Notes under the pieces: generated by a model | The model's input: the letters and a program-made list of their open reading frames with translations, nothing else | The model's database searches: none | What the model was told of the DNA's origin: nothing | DNA from: Eledone cirrhosa | Lineage: Eukaryota | Direction: 5' to 3' | Length of the DNA: 64,000 nucleotides | Assembly (NCBI GenBank): GCA_964016885.1 | Contig: OZ024741.1 | Coordinates: forward strand, 295,120,001-295,184,000 | Made by a program: the position numbers and the translations under genes | Shown: one piece after another, positions 11,429-28,630 of the stretch | How the letters are laid out: every line of letters starts with the position of its first letter | How positions within the stretch are numbered: position 1 is the first letter of the stretch

Positions 11429-14325
11429 ATTGTATATATATATATATGCATAGAGATATGTAAAATCCTGACTGCAGCACCAAGTGAGCTCAGCACTGTA
11501 GACTCTATTTATACATATATAAATAAAATTACATATACATATATGTTTGTGTATGTGTGTGTGTATATATATATATGGGGGGGGGGGGGCATGGAGATAC
11601 TGGGTTTGGTTTCCAAGCACACAGTTTGCTTACCAGGAGTGAAAGACCCTGAATACATTTTAGGGATCATTGAAAATCTATCTTGGATGAATGTACATGA
11701 ATGTAACCCCTATTTCTTAGTGTACTATCCTTTAAAAAAATAACTTTAAAACGAAGTCAGGGCTAGAGAGTTATATCAAAGCAGAGAAGGTAACATATGT
11801 GATAATTAAATGACTACAATAAAAGCGAGAGTTGCTGGCTAACAATATATTTAAATATTTCATGCTATTCTGATATATTGCGGTGAAGGGAGTCACATCA
11901 TCAGACACACAAAAGATTGCACTGTTATTTAGGAGTTTTGTTGCCTAGATAAAATCTGTCCAGTGATTCCTAAATTCGTTTTATATCCATCATTTATTTC
12001 ATGGTATCAAAATTTTTTTCACAATTCTTTGCAACCTGGTCACTGACACAGCTGTATTGGAACAGTGTTAGAGACAAAAAGTGCAGCACAATGAAAATTC
12101 TTAGTCTTTCAAATTGTAAAATCTTTGACTACTTTTCTTTAATAATTTTTACAACAAATATTTCATTGCTCTTTTCTTTTCTTTTCCAGGTAAGTGTACT
12201 TTAAACCTATTTTGGACTTTCATTTTCTTGTCATTTGCAGTTTGAAAGGTAAGTCTTATCTTCTATGCATCAGAGAGACGTGATTAAAACTTTATGAATT
12301 GGAAATAATTAGAAAACGTATCATTTCAAGTCAGAAAAATGTTCATATTTTTTCAAACATCTATAACATTTGATGTATCTTTGATATTATTTCATTGAGA
12401 GAGACATGTAACAATTTATGTGTTGAGTAGTGGTGTTGTGGTTATTTGACCATTTTATTAATTTTTGGTTGGTTATTCAATGGAGAGGATGTACTGTCTA
12501 TAGTGTTTTTTTTAATTGCCCTATATATCTAGATATGTATGGAATGAGGAGGTTAATACTTTCAGTCTTCTAGCTCAGTATTCCAGTTCTCAATGTTTCA
12601 CTATAACTATATCCCATCCATGATATCTCACATTCTGCAACTCACTTCTGTTTACTACTGTTTATTGTCATTTACACAATTTTATTCATAAATCATCAAT
12701 CATTTCATACTATTACTTTAGCCAGAGGTTTTTGTTATAATTATTTTCAAGTTCATATATTTATGTTATTTTTAATTTTAGTTGATAAATGTTTTTTTTA
12801 TTGATTTTTGTGCTGATGATCCGAATTGGTGATCATACCCATGAGAGGGAATTTGGGTTCTACAAGTTACTACAGATAATCTTGCAGATAACTATTTATA
12901 GATAAAACATAGGCTGGGATCGAATTACATAAGGATGATTACATTTCAAAATGTGGTTGGTATAATGTGGTCAATGGGGAGATCACTGAAATATTCAAGG
13001 CAATGTATACATTAAGTTGATTCATTGATCTAACATGTTCAATATTCTATTATTCAGATGTCAAATTGTACCCTAGTCAAATTTGTCTATCAGAATAGTC
13101 CATTTATTTGGTTCATTAAGTTCGACACATTCGTTAAAGTATATATGTCTTGCTAGTGTCAATTTTATATGTACATGACATCAATTTTTCCATCATCAGT
13201 ATATACAAATTGATTTCTGCTTTAAATAGTTTGTACATTGTTTTGTAAACTAAATATATTATGACTACATACTATCTTTATGTAAACAGGTCTGAAAAGG
13301 TGAACTCAATAGAAATAGTGTAAAAGTGTAATTATAGCATATGCCTGAAACTACAATCAATACATATATAAGCAAACAAGTACCTGTCCACAGGTCAACA
13401 CAGTCATCTATTGGCTGTTATGATTCATGGGACATTCTATTAGAAGAATCAAGGATGATTTCAGTCAGTAATACTGTCTGTACTCTCAGGTCTCAAATAA
13501 TGTGGTTGGAATAAGCAGGGAAATTGGAAAATTGGTAGATTTTCTAGGTTGTCTCCATTGATTCTTAAGAAAAAACAGAATTAATCATCTAGTTTACATA
13601 TTGAGACCCCAATCTATCTTATTTGTTTTATAACGTATCAGATTTCTAGTAATGTACATTTTTTTGGCCACGTATAATGTTTTTTTAATGCATAAAGAAT
13701 ATTACTTAAAATAAAGAACATTACTTAAAATAAAATTTCATCAGAGATACATTAGCAAAGTTTAATAAGTGGGTGGGTTGGAATAAGAGTGGTGATGTTG
13801 GAAAAAAATCTGAAAAATTATTAAGCTGGGTAGGACAATTATTTGAGACCTAAGAGACCACAACATGGGCAAATAAGTAGATCCAGAGAGAATCCAAGCT
13901 ATGTGAAACACATTGTTAGTTGCTTTAGTCATGATGTGCACCCTTGAAGAGGGTGAAATATATGAGGCTTCCAAGGACAGAGTAGCATGGAGATATGTTG
14001 CTGATGGAGGCAAATAATTTAAAAAAAGATAAACACCTGGATTTACCTGCAGACTAATTGATAACTTGAGCTGCAAGATTGTTCTCATGATTCTGATACC
14101 TGTAAAAGAAATACAGAATCTACTATTTCTATTCTAGTCTCATAATCTGAGACTTTAGACAATCTATTAACATAATTTACTGTTTTTTTCTGTGTATTTA
14201 TCTCCTTTATTTATATATATTTATTTAGTTTTCATATGTATTTATACGTTTTTATTTACATTTATTTAACGACATAGCTGTTTTTATTTTCAAAATTAGT
14301 ATTCATTCTAGTATTTTATACAAGC

Positions 14326-14756
14326 GTGGCTATGTGATTAAAGAACTAGATTCACAATCAGGAGGTTACAAGTTCAATTCCCAGACCTGGCAATGTGTTA
14401 TCTCCTTAAGAAAGACACTTTATTTCACATTGCTGCTTCTGCTAGGAGTTGTGACAGGGTGATGTGTTGTTTCCTTGAGCAAGACACTTTATTTCACATT
14501 GCTGTAGAAATGAGATGATAGGACTGGGGTCCCTATCATTCCACCGCAAAGTGGTCATGGAGGTGCCACGGCAAAAAAGCACCCAGCCCATACTGTAAAG
14601 TGGACATGTAGGCGCCACGGCAAAAAAGCACCCAGCACTCACTGTAAATGAGGTTGGTGTTAGGAAGGACATCCAGCTGTAGAAATCAAGCCAGAATCAG
14701 TTCCCGTCCCACCCTTGTAAGCAGGCAAAAGTGGATGTAAAATGATGATGATGATA
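14326..14756 (+). mobile_element. Family A CORE-like SINE (old head plus younger body), (GAT)n end
   Basis: CCTTGAGCAAGACACTTTATTTCACATTGCT, hairpin TGATAGGGAC-TGGG-GTCCCTATCA, RTE-like tail. Confidence 0.8.
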
Positions 14757-14769
14757 ATATATATGTATG

Positions 14770-14821
<52 letters not shown>

Positions 14822-14840
14822 TGTATATATATGTATATAC

Positions 14841-14886
<46 letters not shown>

Positions 14887-15067
14887 GTATGTATATATAT
14901 ACATATGTATGTATATATATACATACATATGTATATATATACATATGTATGTATATATATACATATGTACGTATATATATATATATGTATATATACACAT
15001 ATGTACGTATATATATATATGTATATATATACATATGTATGTATATATATATATATATATACATATG

Positions 15068-15116
<49 letters not shown>

Positions 15117-15360
15117 GTATGTATGTATATATATATGTATATACATACAAATATATATATACATATGTATGTATATATATAAGTATATATGTATGTATAT
15201 ATACATGTATATATGTATATATGTATGTATATATGTATGTATATATATATGTATGTATATATATATGTATATATGTATGTATATATACATGTATATATGT
15301 ATATATGTATGTATATATGTGTGTATATATATATATATATATGTATGTATATATATATAT

Positions 15361-17443
<2,083 letters not shown>

Positions 17444-17482
17444 GATATATATATATATATATATATTTATATATGTATGTAT

Positions 17483-17705
17483 ATCATCATCATCATCATC
17501 GTTTAACGTCCATCTTCCACGCTTGCATGGGTTTGGACGGGGGTTTTCCCACTTGAGGCAAGATTGGTTGTCTTGCTCGTATAGGACTGTCTGGCGGGTT
17601 TTCTACGGCTGGATGCCCTTCCTAACACCAACCACGTTTACAGTGTGGACTGGGAGGTTTTTAACCGTGTTACCTACACAGCCACCTTACAGCGTGGACT
17701 GTGTT
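17483..17705 (-). mobile_element. RTE 3' UTR fragment, tail-to-tail with the previous copy
   Basis: (CAT)n followed by the reverse complement of the 3' UTR. Confidence 0.88.
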
Positions 17706-17754
17706 TTTTCTTTCTTTTTTTTTATATATATGTATATATGTATATATATATATG

Positions 17755-17827
<73 letters not shown>

Positions 17828-17850
17828 GTATATATGTATGTATATATATA

Positions 17851-18110
17851 TGGAGGCACATGGCTTAGTGGTTAGGGTATTGGCCTTGCAATCGAAAGGT
17901 TGTGAGTTCAATTCTCAGACCGGGTGATGTGTTGTTTCCTTGAGCAAGGCACTTTATTCCCAGTTTACTCAGCTGTAGAAATGAGATGATAGGGACTGGG
18001 GTCCCTATCATTCCACTGCAAAGTGGTCGTGGAGGTGCCACGACAAAAAAGCACCCAGCACTCACTGTAAATGAGGTTGGTGTTAGGAAGGGCATCCAGC
18101 TGTAGAAATC
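17851..18110 (+). mobile_element. Family A CORE-like SINE, 3' end interrupted
   Basis: TGGCTTAGTGG A box, GAGTTCAATTC B box; near-identical to 3318-3640. Confidence 0.88.
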
Positions 18111-18162
18111 AACTATATAACACACGTACAAATCCAAAGAGATGTCTGAAATGTATGGCCTT

Positions 18163-18242
18163 ACACACGCTGATGAACCAAGGTTATTCCATTTCTGTCA
18201 ACAAATTACTGGCGAAACATCTCTTTGGATTTGTACGTGTGT
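18163..18242 (+). ncRNA. Type-I hammerhead ribozyme in a PLE-like remnant (18111-18410)
   Basis: ACACACG-CTGATGA-ACCA...TGGC-GAAA-CA...TG-TA-CGTGTGT; 7-bp perfect stem I. Confidence 0.72.
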
Positions 18243-18462
18243 TATATAGTTATAGAGGTATTTATTTATGCTTTAATTTATATTTTTAATTATCATGTCT
18301 ATAGTCTGCCTTTCATAGGTTATAGATTCTATACACTGGTGGTTTTTTCCTTGTTTTATTGATAGCGCACTGTATATCTCTCTCTGGTGTGTTACCTTTT
18401 CAACATATTGTATATATATATATATATATATACATATATATATACATTAATATATACATATT

Positions 18463-19480
<1,018 letters not shown>

Positions 19481-19714
19481 TATATGTATATGTATATGTA
19501 TATTTATGTATATATATGTATATGTATATTTATGTATATATATATATATGTATATATATGTATATATATATATGTATGTATATATATGTATATATATATA
19601 TGTGTATATATATATATGTGTATATATATATATGTATGTATATATATATATGACATACATATATACATACATACATACATATATATATATACATACATAT
19701 ATACATACATACAT

Positions 19715-20581
19715 ATGGTGGCTGCCAACTCGTTTTTCGAGTACGGCCACTACTTTATATCCATGTAGGAGAACCCCTACCGATGCGCTGAACGAGTGTG
19801 ACTTTTTAGTCCAGCCAGCGACTTGAAAACTCTGGTACAAACACTACACTTGTGACAATTATTGACACATAGTGCTGGGCCCATGGTACCATGTAACGAC
19901 AAGTGCAGAGAGATCTCCAGATATAAAGCAATGCCTGTGCCGTGAAGCTTTTATAGTGAACAAAGGCATTGCACAAAGCCAGTCCCACTCTCTTAACCAA
20001 GATGATATTTACCAAAAAGAAGAACAAGGTCGGGTCGTTGGCGAATAAACTGACAACCCCACCAAGGTTTCTTGGTGAGGAGGGTGACTTTGGACATCCT
20101 GCGGGACTAAAAACAAAACCTGTCAAAGGGCAAAGGAGCTCTTAAGAGTCAATGGCCATCCAAAATCACCGGGAGAGATGACCACTTAGCCTTTGTCAAG
20201 ACAGAATTCTAGGAGAAGGAAAACTCTGATATAACACCTGCAACCCTGATGGTATCCAATGATGTTGACTTGTTCTTCTTTTTGGTAAATATCATCTTGG
20301 TTAAGAGAGTGGGACTGGCTTTGTGCAGTGCCTTTGTTCACTATAAAAGCTTCACGGCACAGGCATTGCTTTATATCTGGAGATCTCTCTGCACTTGTCG
20401 TTACATGGTACCATGGACCCAGCACTATGTGTCAATAATTGTCACAAGTGTAGTGTTTGTACCAGAGTTTTCAAGTCGCTGGCTGGACTAAAAAGTCACA
20501 CTCGTTCAGCGCATCGGTAGGGGTTCTCCTACATGGATATAAAGTAGTGGCCGTACTCGAAAACGAGTTGGCAGCCACCAT
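19715..20581. mobile_element. Two divergent copies of the RTE-derived short element forming a ~313-bp inverted repeat
   Basis: 19715-20028 is the reverse complement of 20269-20581; the + copy (20029-20581) has CTAGGAGAAGGAAAACTCTGA and encodes [22 protein letters not shown]. Confidence 0.8.
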
Positions 20582-20600
20582 ATATATATATATGTGTATA

Positions 20601-20647
<47 letters not shown>

Positions 20648-20682
20648 ATATATGTATATATATATATATATATATGTGTATA

Positions 20683-20721
<39 letters not shown>

Positions 20722-20724
20722 ATA

Positions 20725-20755
<31 letters not shown>

Positions 20756-20793
20756 TAGGTATAGGATTATCCAAGATGTAGTGATGGTTAATC

Positions 20794-20905
20794 TGCTCTG
20801 AGGAAACAGTGGTCACAGCATTGGATATTCGAGTTCTGCAAATACTTGTGAATTTGCACGTAGCGGAACTAGGCTGCAGCACCACCGTGGAAACACTTGT
20901 AAGCA
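20794..20905 (+). ncRNA. Type-I hammerhead with branched long stem II in a ~200-bp island (20756-20956) within (TA)n
   Basis: TGCT-CTGAGGA-AACAGTGGT...ACCACCGTG-GAAA-CACTTG-TA-AGCA, followed by AATAAA. Confidence 0.68.
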
Positions 20906-20955
20906 CACGGAATAAACTACCTTTTTATGATGTCTACCTGTTATTATTCATTCTT

Positions 20956-22040
<1,085 letters not shown>

Positions 22041-22041
22041 G

Positions 22042-22180
22042 TCATCATCATCATCATCGTTTAACGTCCATCTTCCATGCTTGCATGGGTTTGGACAGGA
22101 GTTTTCCCACTTGAGGTAAGATTGGTTGTCCTGCTCGTATAGGACTGTCTGGCGGGGTTTCTACGGCTGGATGCCCTTCC
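22042..22180 (-). mobile_element. RTE extreme 3' end fragment
   Basis: (CAT)n-CGTTTAACGTCCATCTTCCATGCTTGCATGGGTTTGG. Confidence 0.85.
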
Positions 22181-22836
22181 ACAATCATGAAATCTCTCAC
22201 TGGTACTGCTAAACTATAGAAAAGTTTAATAGGTGGGGCGGGATACTAAATACGAGATTGTAGTGAAAGAATTTTATGAGTTAGTAGTACTCGGCCTAAT
22301 CTATCTTACAATGACAGGTCAACAAGTAGGGGGCCAAAATACTAAAAAAAAAAAAAAAAAAAAAAAATCCAAAACTAATACGAAATATTAATTCAGAATC
22401 CCGAAAATGAATACTAATACGATATATAAGAGTACCGCTACAATACATAAATTCTAATGCAAACTACATAAATGCTTGTATGATATATAAGAAAAAATTA
22501 ATACGAAAAATTATTGTAGGGGAATAGTAACCAGAAATTGTGTTTTTTTATATTTTTAACATTCTTATTTTTCTATATAGATTTACTCCATATAGATCTA
22601 CTTATTGTTTCGACTTCCTTCCCCCCCTCCCCCTCTTGACCTCTTATCGTTAGAATTCTGCTGTAGTCGTCACTTTCAACGCACGACTTGGTTTCCTCTA
22701 CTCCCTCTCCCTCTTTCTTTACTGGCAAGTTCAGCTACCCCTTCCTACCACAAAATGCCATGATAGAATTATGTGTCTCAACAACAAACTTTTGACCAAT
22801 CCTTGTGACAATCACTTTTTCCATATATGGAATATT

Positions 22837-22932
22837 ACCCCCTGAGAAGCTCAGCTATTCATTTACCAGGATAAAAATTTTCATTTAGTCCAGAATTAGC
22901 CGTCGAAACTGCTTGAGCTCAGCCGTCGGGGT
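22837..22932 (+). ncRNA. Degenerate hammerhead-like motif at the end of a probable PLE terminal repeat (~22181-22945)
   Basis: ACCCC-CTGAGAAG...C-GAAAC...GTC-GGGGT; core deviates from CUGANGA. Confidence 0.5.
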
Positions 22933-22978
22933 CCTACTCGTTCCTATATATACATATATATATACATACATATATATG

Positions 22979-23027
<49 letters not shown>

Positions 23028-23028
23028 G

Positions 23029-23060
<32 letters not shown>

Positions 23061-23064
23061 TGTA

Positions 23065-24115
23065 TAGATTTTGAGTATATGTTGGTTGTATACTCTCTGG
23101 CCTGGTACATAATCAGGAAAGTACCACCCGATAAAGAGGGATCTTGCATATGCAAACTATGCCTGAACGAGACCCTCGAGATACTAAGAGGTGGAAGCGG
23201 ACTGATAAACCTCAGAACCGACTTCTTGGGGACATGCAGACACCTTAGAGCCGGGACCTTCCTCAAGATATATGGACGGTAGCAACACAAGAAGATGTGA
23301 ACTCCCCTCAAGCTATAGGGACTTCTACAGAACATGTAGACACCTCTCGGCCAGACCTCCCTCAAGCTATATGGGCAGTAAAAACACCCTAGGTTATGAA
23401 CTCCACTCAAGCTATAGGGAACAACCCAGGCTGAGCAGACACCATGATAGCCTAGAGATTGAATCGGACACAGCCATTATAATTTGGCCAACATCTATAT
23501 AACACAAACACATTTTAATTTACTTGATTTCTGATTTTCAAGTTCCAATTTTAAATCTTGATTTCTCTTTATTAATTTGTTATTTGTTTTCTGTTCTCTT
23601 CACTGTATCACCTTATATTTATTTTGAAGTTGAGATTGATTATAACACAAACACATTTTGTTTGATTATCTTATTTTAACATCTTGTTCCTCATACCAAT
23701 TTATCCAACATATTTCTGACCTTGAGATCGGTTATAGCACACAGAGACTTTATCCTACTTTATTTGAATCTTCATTTTATTTTTCACTTCTCCATATTCA
23801 TTTTCATTACCTTTTCACCAATTTTTCATTTATTCTTTATTCCTTATTCTCTATTTATTATTCATTTTCTGTTTTCTTCAAGTACATATGTTGTTGAGGT
23901 GTATAATATAATTTTCGAGATAATATCTCTTCTTCAGAGGAAAGTAAAGCTGTTAAACCAGTGTTCTAAATAGCTTTTCCTTTCAGCATGACTTGGCAAG
24001 CTATTTAGAACACTGGTTTAACCGCTTTACTTCCCTCTGAAGAAGAGATATTATTTCGAAAATTAAGGACATTTAAATAAATCTAAGGTAAAAGACTAAT
24101 TGTCAACAATATCTT
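23065..24115 (+). mobile_element. PLE 3' fragment (GIY-YIG C-terminus + 3' UTR)
   Basis: YSLAWYII...CKLCLNETLEIL...LINLRTDFLGTCRH aligns with the C-termini of the two large PLEs. Confidence 0.75.
24034..24068 (+). ncRNA. Very minimal hammerhead-like motif, inside a 68-bp inverted repeat
   Basis: CCT-CTGAAGA-AGAGATATTATTTC-GAAA-AT-TA-AGG. Confidence 0.5.
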
Positions 24116-24116
24116 T

Positions 24117-24169
<53 letters not shown>

Positions 24170-24178
24170 GCGTGTATA

Positions 24179-24211
<33 letters not shown>

Positions 24212-24348
24212 GTGTGTATATATATATGTGTATATATATATATGTATATATATATATATGTGTGTATATATATATATATGTACATATATATATATATATA
24301 TATATATGTGTATATATATGTATATATATATATATATATATGTGTATA

Positions 24349-24397
<49 letters not shown>

Positions 24398-24877
24398 TTA
24401 TATATATTTGTATATATATATGTATATATATATTTATATATATGTGTATATATATATGTATATATATATTTATATATATGTATATATATATATATGTATG
24501 TATATATATATTTATATATATATGTATGTATATATATATTTATATATATATGTATATATATATTTATGTATATATATGTATATATATATTTATATATATA
24601 TGTATATATATATTTATATATATATGTATATATATATTTATATATATATATGTATATATATATTTATATATATATATGTATATATATATTTATGTATATA
24701 TATGTATATATATATTTATATATATATGTATATATATATTTATATATATATGTATATATATATTTATATATATATATGTATATATATATTTATATTGTTT
24801 AGGGCCTCATAACTTAACTATCACAGGGCCTCATTTGTCATAAATCCAGCACTGACAAGAGAAGACGTGCATACTCA

Positions 24878-27142
24878 ATGACACGCTACAGAAAAAAGAG
24901 AGCGCTTTACATTATAACTGAAAAAATGGAATTCTTTAAGATCTCTTCTTCTCTAAAAGACATACCTCTACCTAGGAACAAAGATTTTATTAAACAATTA
25001 ATAGAAAAATCAGACTCTTTTATAAGAAGAATCAGGTGGCGTGCTTTCCACTTTGATAAATCTAATCTAAATGAAAATGTTTCAAATCTGGTTAAAATTT
25101 TCAAATCTAAAAAAATCTACCCCCCAACAAACTACTAATGGATTTTGAAAATGATATCATATATATCATCCAAGGCATCAAATTCAAAAAAAACTTCAAA
25201 GGCCAGGATTACTTAAGAAGTATTAAGGATAATATTGAAAACTTGGAGAAAACAGAGAAAATTCTAGTGAAGTCGGACAAAACTAATAATCTTTATGGAA
25301 TACAAAAGGACATTTATAACGACCTTATATTGAAGGAACTAAGGAAAAAGTACAAGGTAGCAAATAAGGACGAACTTGAAAAACTGAATACAGATGCATC
25401 TTGTATAATGCATGAATTAGACATTGAGAATAAAACACAATCCTTCATGCCTAGGAAACCTAAGATCAATATGAAGGATCACAAAAGAAACTTTGAAAAT
25501 GATTTACCAGTCAGATTGATTGCACCATCTAAATCTGACCTGGGCAAACTTAGCAAAAATATTCTAGACAGAGTAATACAACAAATTAAAAACTTACCTA
25601 ATTTATCTTACTTAAAATTATGGAAAGGGACTAGTGAGGTTATCGATTGGTTTAAAGAAATTAAATATAACTATAATAATAAGTTTATTCAGCTGGATAT
25701 TGCTAACTACTATTCATCTATCACTCCTAATCTACTGAATAAGGCACTAAATTACGCATTTAAACATACAGACCTAACTAGCAATGAAATTCACATTATA
25801 TTATAGGCAAGAAAAACATTGATAGAATTTAATAACCAACTCTGGACTAGGGCAGATAGAAATAATAATTTCGACATAACTATGGGATCATCAGACTCAG
25901 CTCAGGTAACGGACCTTGTGGGCCTATTTATAATTAATTCGTTACATAGAAAAATACCAGGTGTAACCGGAGGCTTATATCGTGATGACATGCTTTTACT
26001 TATAGAAAATAATAGCTGTGAACTAAATAGAAAAAGAAAACAAATTATACAATTTTTTAATTACCTTAATCTAAAAGTAGAAATAGAGAATAACCATAAA
26101 ATAGTCAATTTTCTTGATGTAAATCTCAAGACATGTCTTCATTATCCATTTCACAAACTAAATGAGAACTTGAATTATGTTAATTTTAACTCTAATCACC
26201 CCAGATCTGTTAAAAATACTATAGTGAACTCTGTTCAAGAACGAATTTCAAGAATTTCATCTAATAAAAATATATTTGATGAAAAAGCGCAGTATTACAA
26301 CGAAGCGTTAAGTAGAGCTGGATATAGAAATAAAATTAAATACATCGATAATAATAATAATAAGCAAACTAACCAAAATAATAACAATTTTAATTATGGT
26401 AACAACTTTAACAACTATAATAGAAAACATTACAATAATTCAAAAACCCGAAAAAGAAATAGAACTAGAAATATATTATGGTTTGCTCCCCCTTTCTCAC
26501 TAAATATTAAAACCCCTATTGCTAAACTATTCTTTAAAGCTCTTGACAAACGCTTCCCTAGAACACATAAATATTACTCAATTTTTAATAGACATACTAT
26601 AAAATTAACTTACTCGTCCACCAAAAATTTAGCACAAAATATTAATAGAATTAATCATAGAAACTTAAAACCTAACCAAAATACCAATAATAACCCAAGC
26701 AATATTCAATTGAATAACTGTAACTGTAGAAATAAATCTAACTGTCCGTTAAATAACAACTGCTTAGCTAAAAATATAGTGTACAATTGTAATGTTAAAA
26801 CTAATTTAAATTCATTTAACTATGTCGGTTCTACCTCTACAGAATTTAAATTTCGCTTCAATAATCATAAAAATTCTTTCACAGATCCAAACAAAAAATC
26901 TTCAACTTCGCTATCTAGCCTACTATGGGACCTTAAACGAGATAATGTTAAATATTCGATGACTTGGAATATTATTTCATAAAGCTACTCCTTTTAATTC
27001 CTCTTCAGAAAATTGTGATCTTTGTATTGAAGAAATATTCTTTATATTAAAGTCCAAAAATTCCCTTAATTTAAGGAACAATTTATTCAGTTGCTGCAGA
27101 CATAGATTGAACTCAACGTTTAAATATAAATATAAAATGTAG
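24878..27142 (+). pseudogene. PLE RT-GIY-YIG polyprotein: frameshift ~25138, stops at 25804 and 26980
   Basis: QLDIANYYSSI, ITMGSSDSAQVTDLVG, GLYRDD, VNFLDV, CNCRNKSNCPLNNNCL, IVY...YVGST, CDLC...CRH. Confidence 0.9.
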
Positions 27143-28544
27143 TATAAATAATTAAGTAATTTAGTTAATATATGAAACCTGTCGATAAATCATTAGATTC
27201 CTTCACCTTTTTCTTTTTAAATTTTCTTCCTAAATATAAACATAGATATAATAAACTACTCTAAAATGTTTATACTTCCAATGTCTTAAATAAAATATAC
27301 GTAAGATAAATTTCTATACTAAATATAAGGATATCTGTAGAATCCTTGGCTTTTAAACATTTTTTTAATTTTTAAATTTTTTAAACTTTTTAAAATTTTT
27401 AAATTTTTAAATTATATTGATATAATATTTATTTAACTTTTATTTTTATTTTTATTTTTATTTTTATTTTTATTTTTATTTTTATTTTTATTTTTATTTT
27501 TATTAGGTTTGTTTTGATTCTGATAGCTTCTCATAATTTTCATAAGTCTACCCTTTCAATATCTTGATTAAAATATACGTAGGATAAATTTCTAAACTAA
27601 ATATATGAAACATATTATTTTAACTTAAGATACTCTATAGTGTTTTTAAAGATATTTAATGTTTTGATATCTCTAGAATTCGTTTGTCCTTTAGACTATA
27701 CTGATATAATTGTATTTCCAAAATATAATCCTTTGGTATTTTAAATTTATATTGTTATAATTATATTTCCAAATTATAATCCTTTAGTAATATATTGTTA
27801 TTTGATTATCTCTATACAGATGTGTATGTGTGTATGCATATAAAAGTGTTATATGTTTTTTTTATGATTGTATATCTGTCTGTATGTGAACATGAGCGAT
27901 GCGCGTCTAACAATTGGTGAAGACGCACGCAAATATTTATTTATACATATGTATGTGTATATATATATATGTATATGTATGTGTGTGGGTGAGAGTTATG
28001 TGTGTGCATGCCTACCCACGCAGTTTTGATTGCAGATATGCATAATTTTAACAGAATGTTAAATGCATGAATGGTAATCGTATATATGAAGGCATGAATG
28101 TTAATCGTATATATTTATGTATATATACTGTGAACTTTTTATAACACAAGGAATGTATAGCAGTGATTAAGAGAAATCATTTGCGTTTTGTATGTCTATA
28201 CTGTAGACCTGAGTGTGTATATATATATATTTGTCTATCTTTGCCGTAAGATAGTGGTTTCTCAAATTTTAGTATATTGATCTCAAGTTTTAAACTAAAC
28301 ATATAATCATTATTAAACAATGTTTAATTTCTCATATTATATATTTATGTCCCATTCATGAATATTAATATTTATATTTTTATTATTCATTTCATATAAA
28401 TTGTTAACTCAACTTAATATGACATGACGTAAAGTTTTCATTATCTCCCCCTCTCTCTATATATTATTTCTCTCTCTTGAGTTTTTCTATCTGTCTGATG
28501 ACTTGATATCTCTCTGTTGCTTTCCTCTGTTTTGCTTATTTCTT

Positions 28545-28630
28545 CCTTTTTTCTTTTTTCTTTTTTCTTTTTTCTTTTTTCTTTTTTCTTTTTTCTTTTT
28601 TCTTTTTTCTTTTTTCTTTTTTCTTTCTTT
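28545..28630. repeat. (CTTTTTT)n heptamer repeat
   Basis: About 11 consecutive units. Confidence 0.9.

Noticed and set aside
17851-17925. tRNA-like sequence with A and B boxes
   Set aside because: SINE head continuing into a CORE-like body; no proper cloverleaf
19715-20581. MITE/foldback DNA transposon with long TIRs
   Set aside because: A solo, differently truncated arm exists at 3763-4173 and the arm has retroelement 3'-end features; kept as a double retro-insertion instead
25804-26982. Selenocysteine read-through, as reported for some Naiad PLEs
   Set aside because: The in-frame stops are TAG and TAA at non-cysteine positions, not TGA
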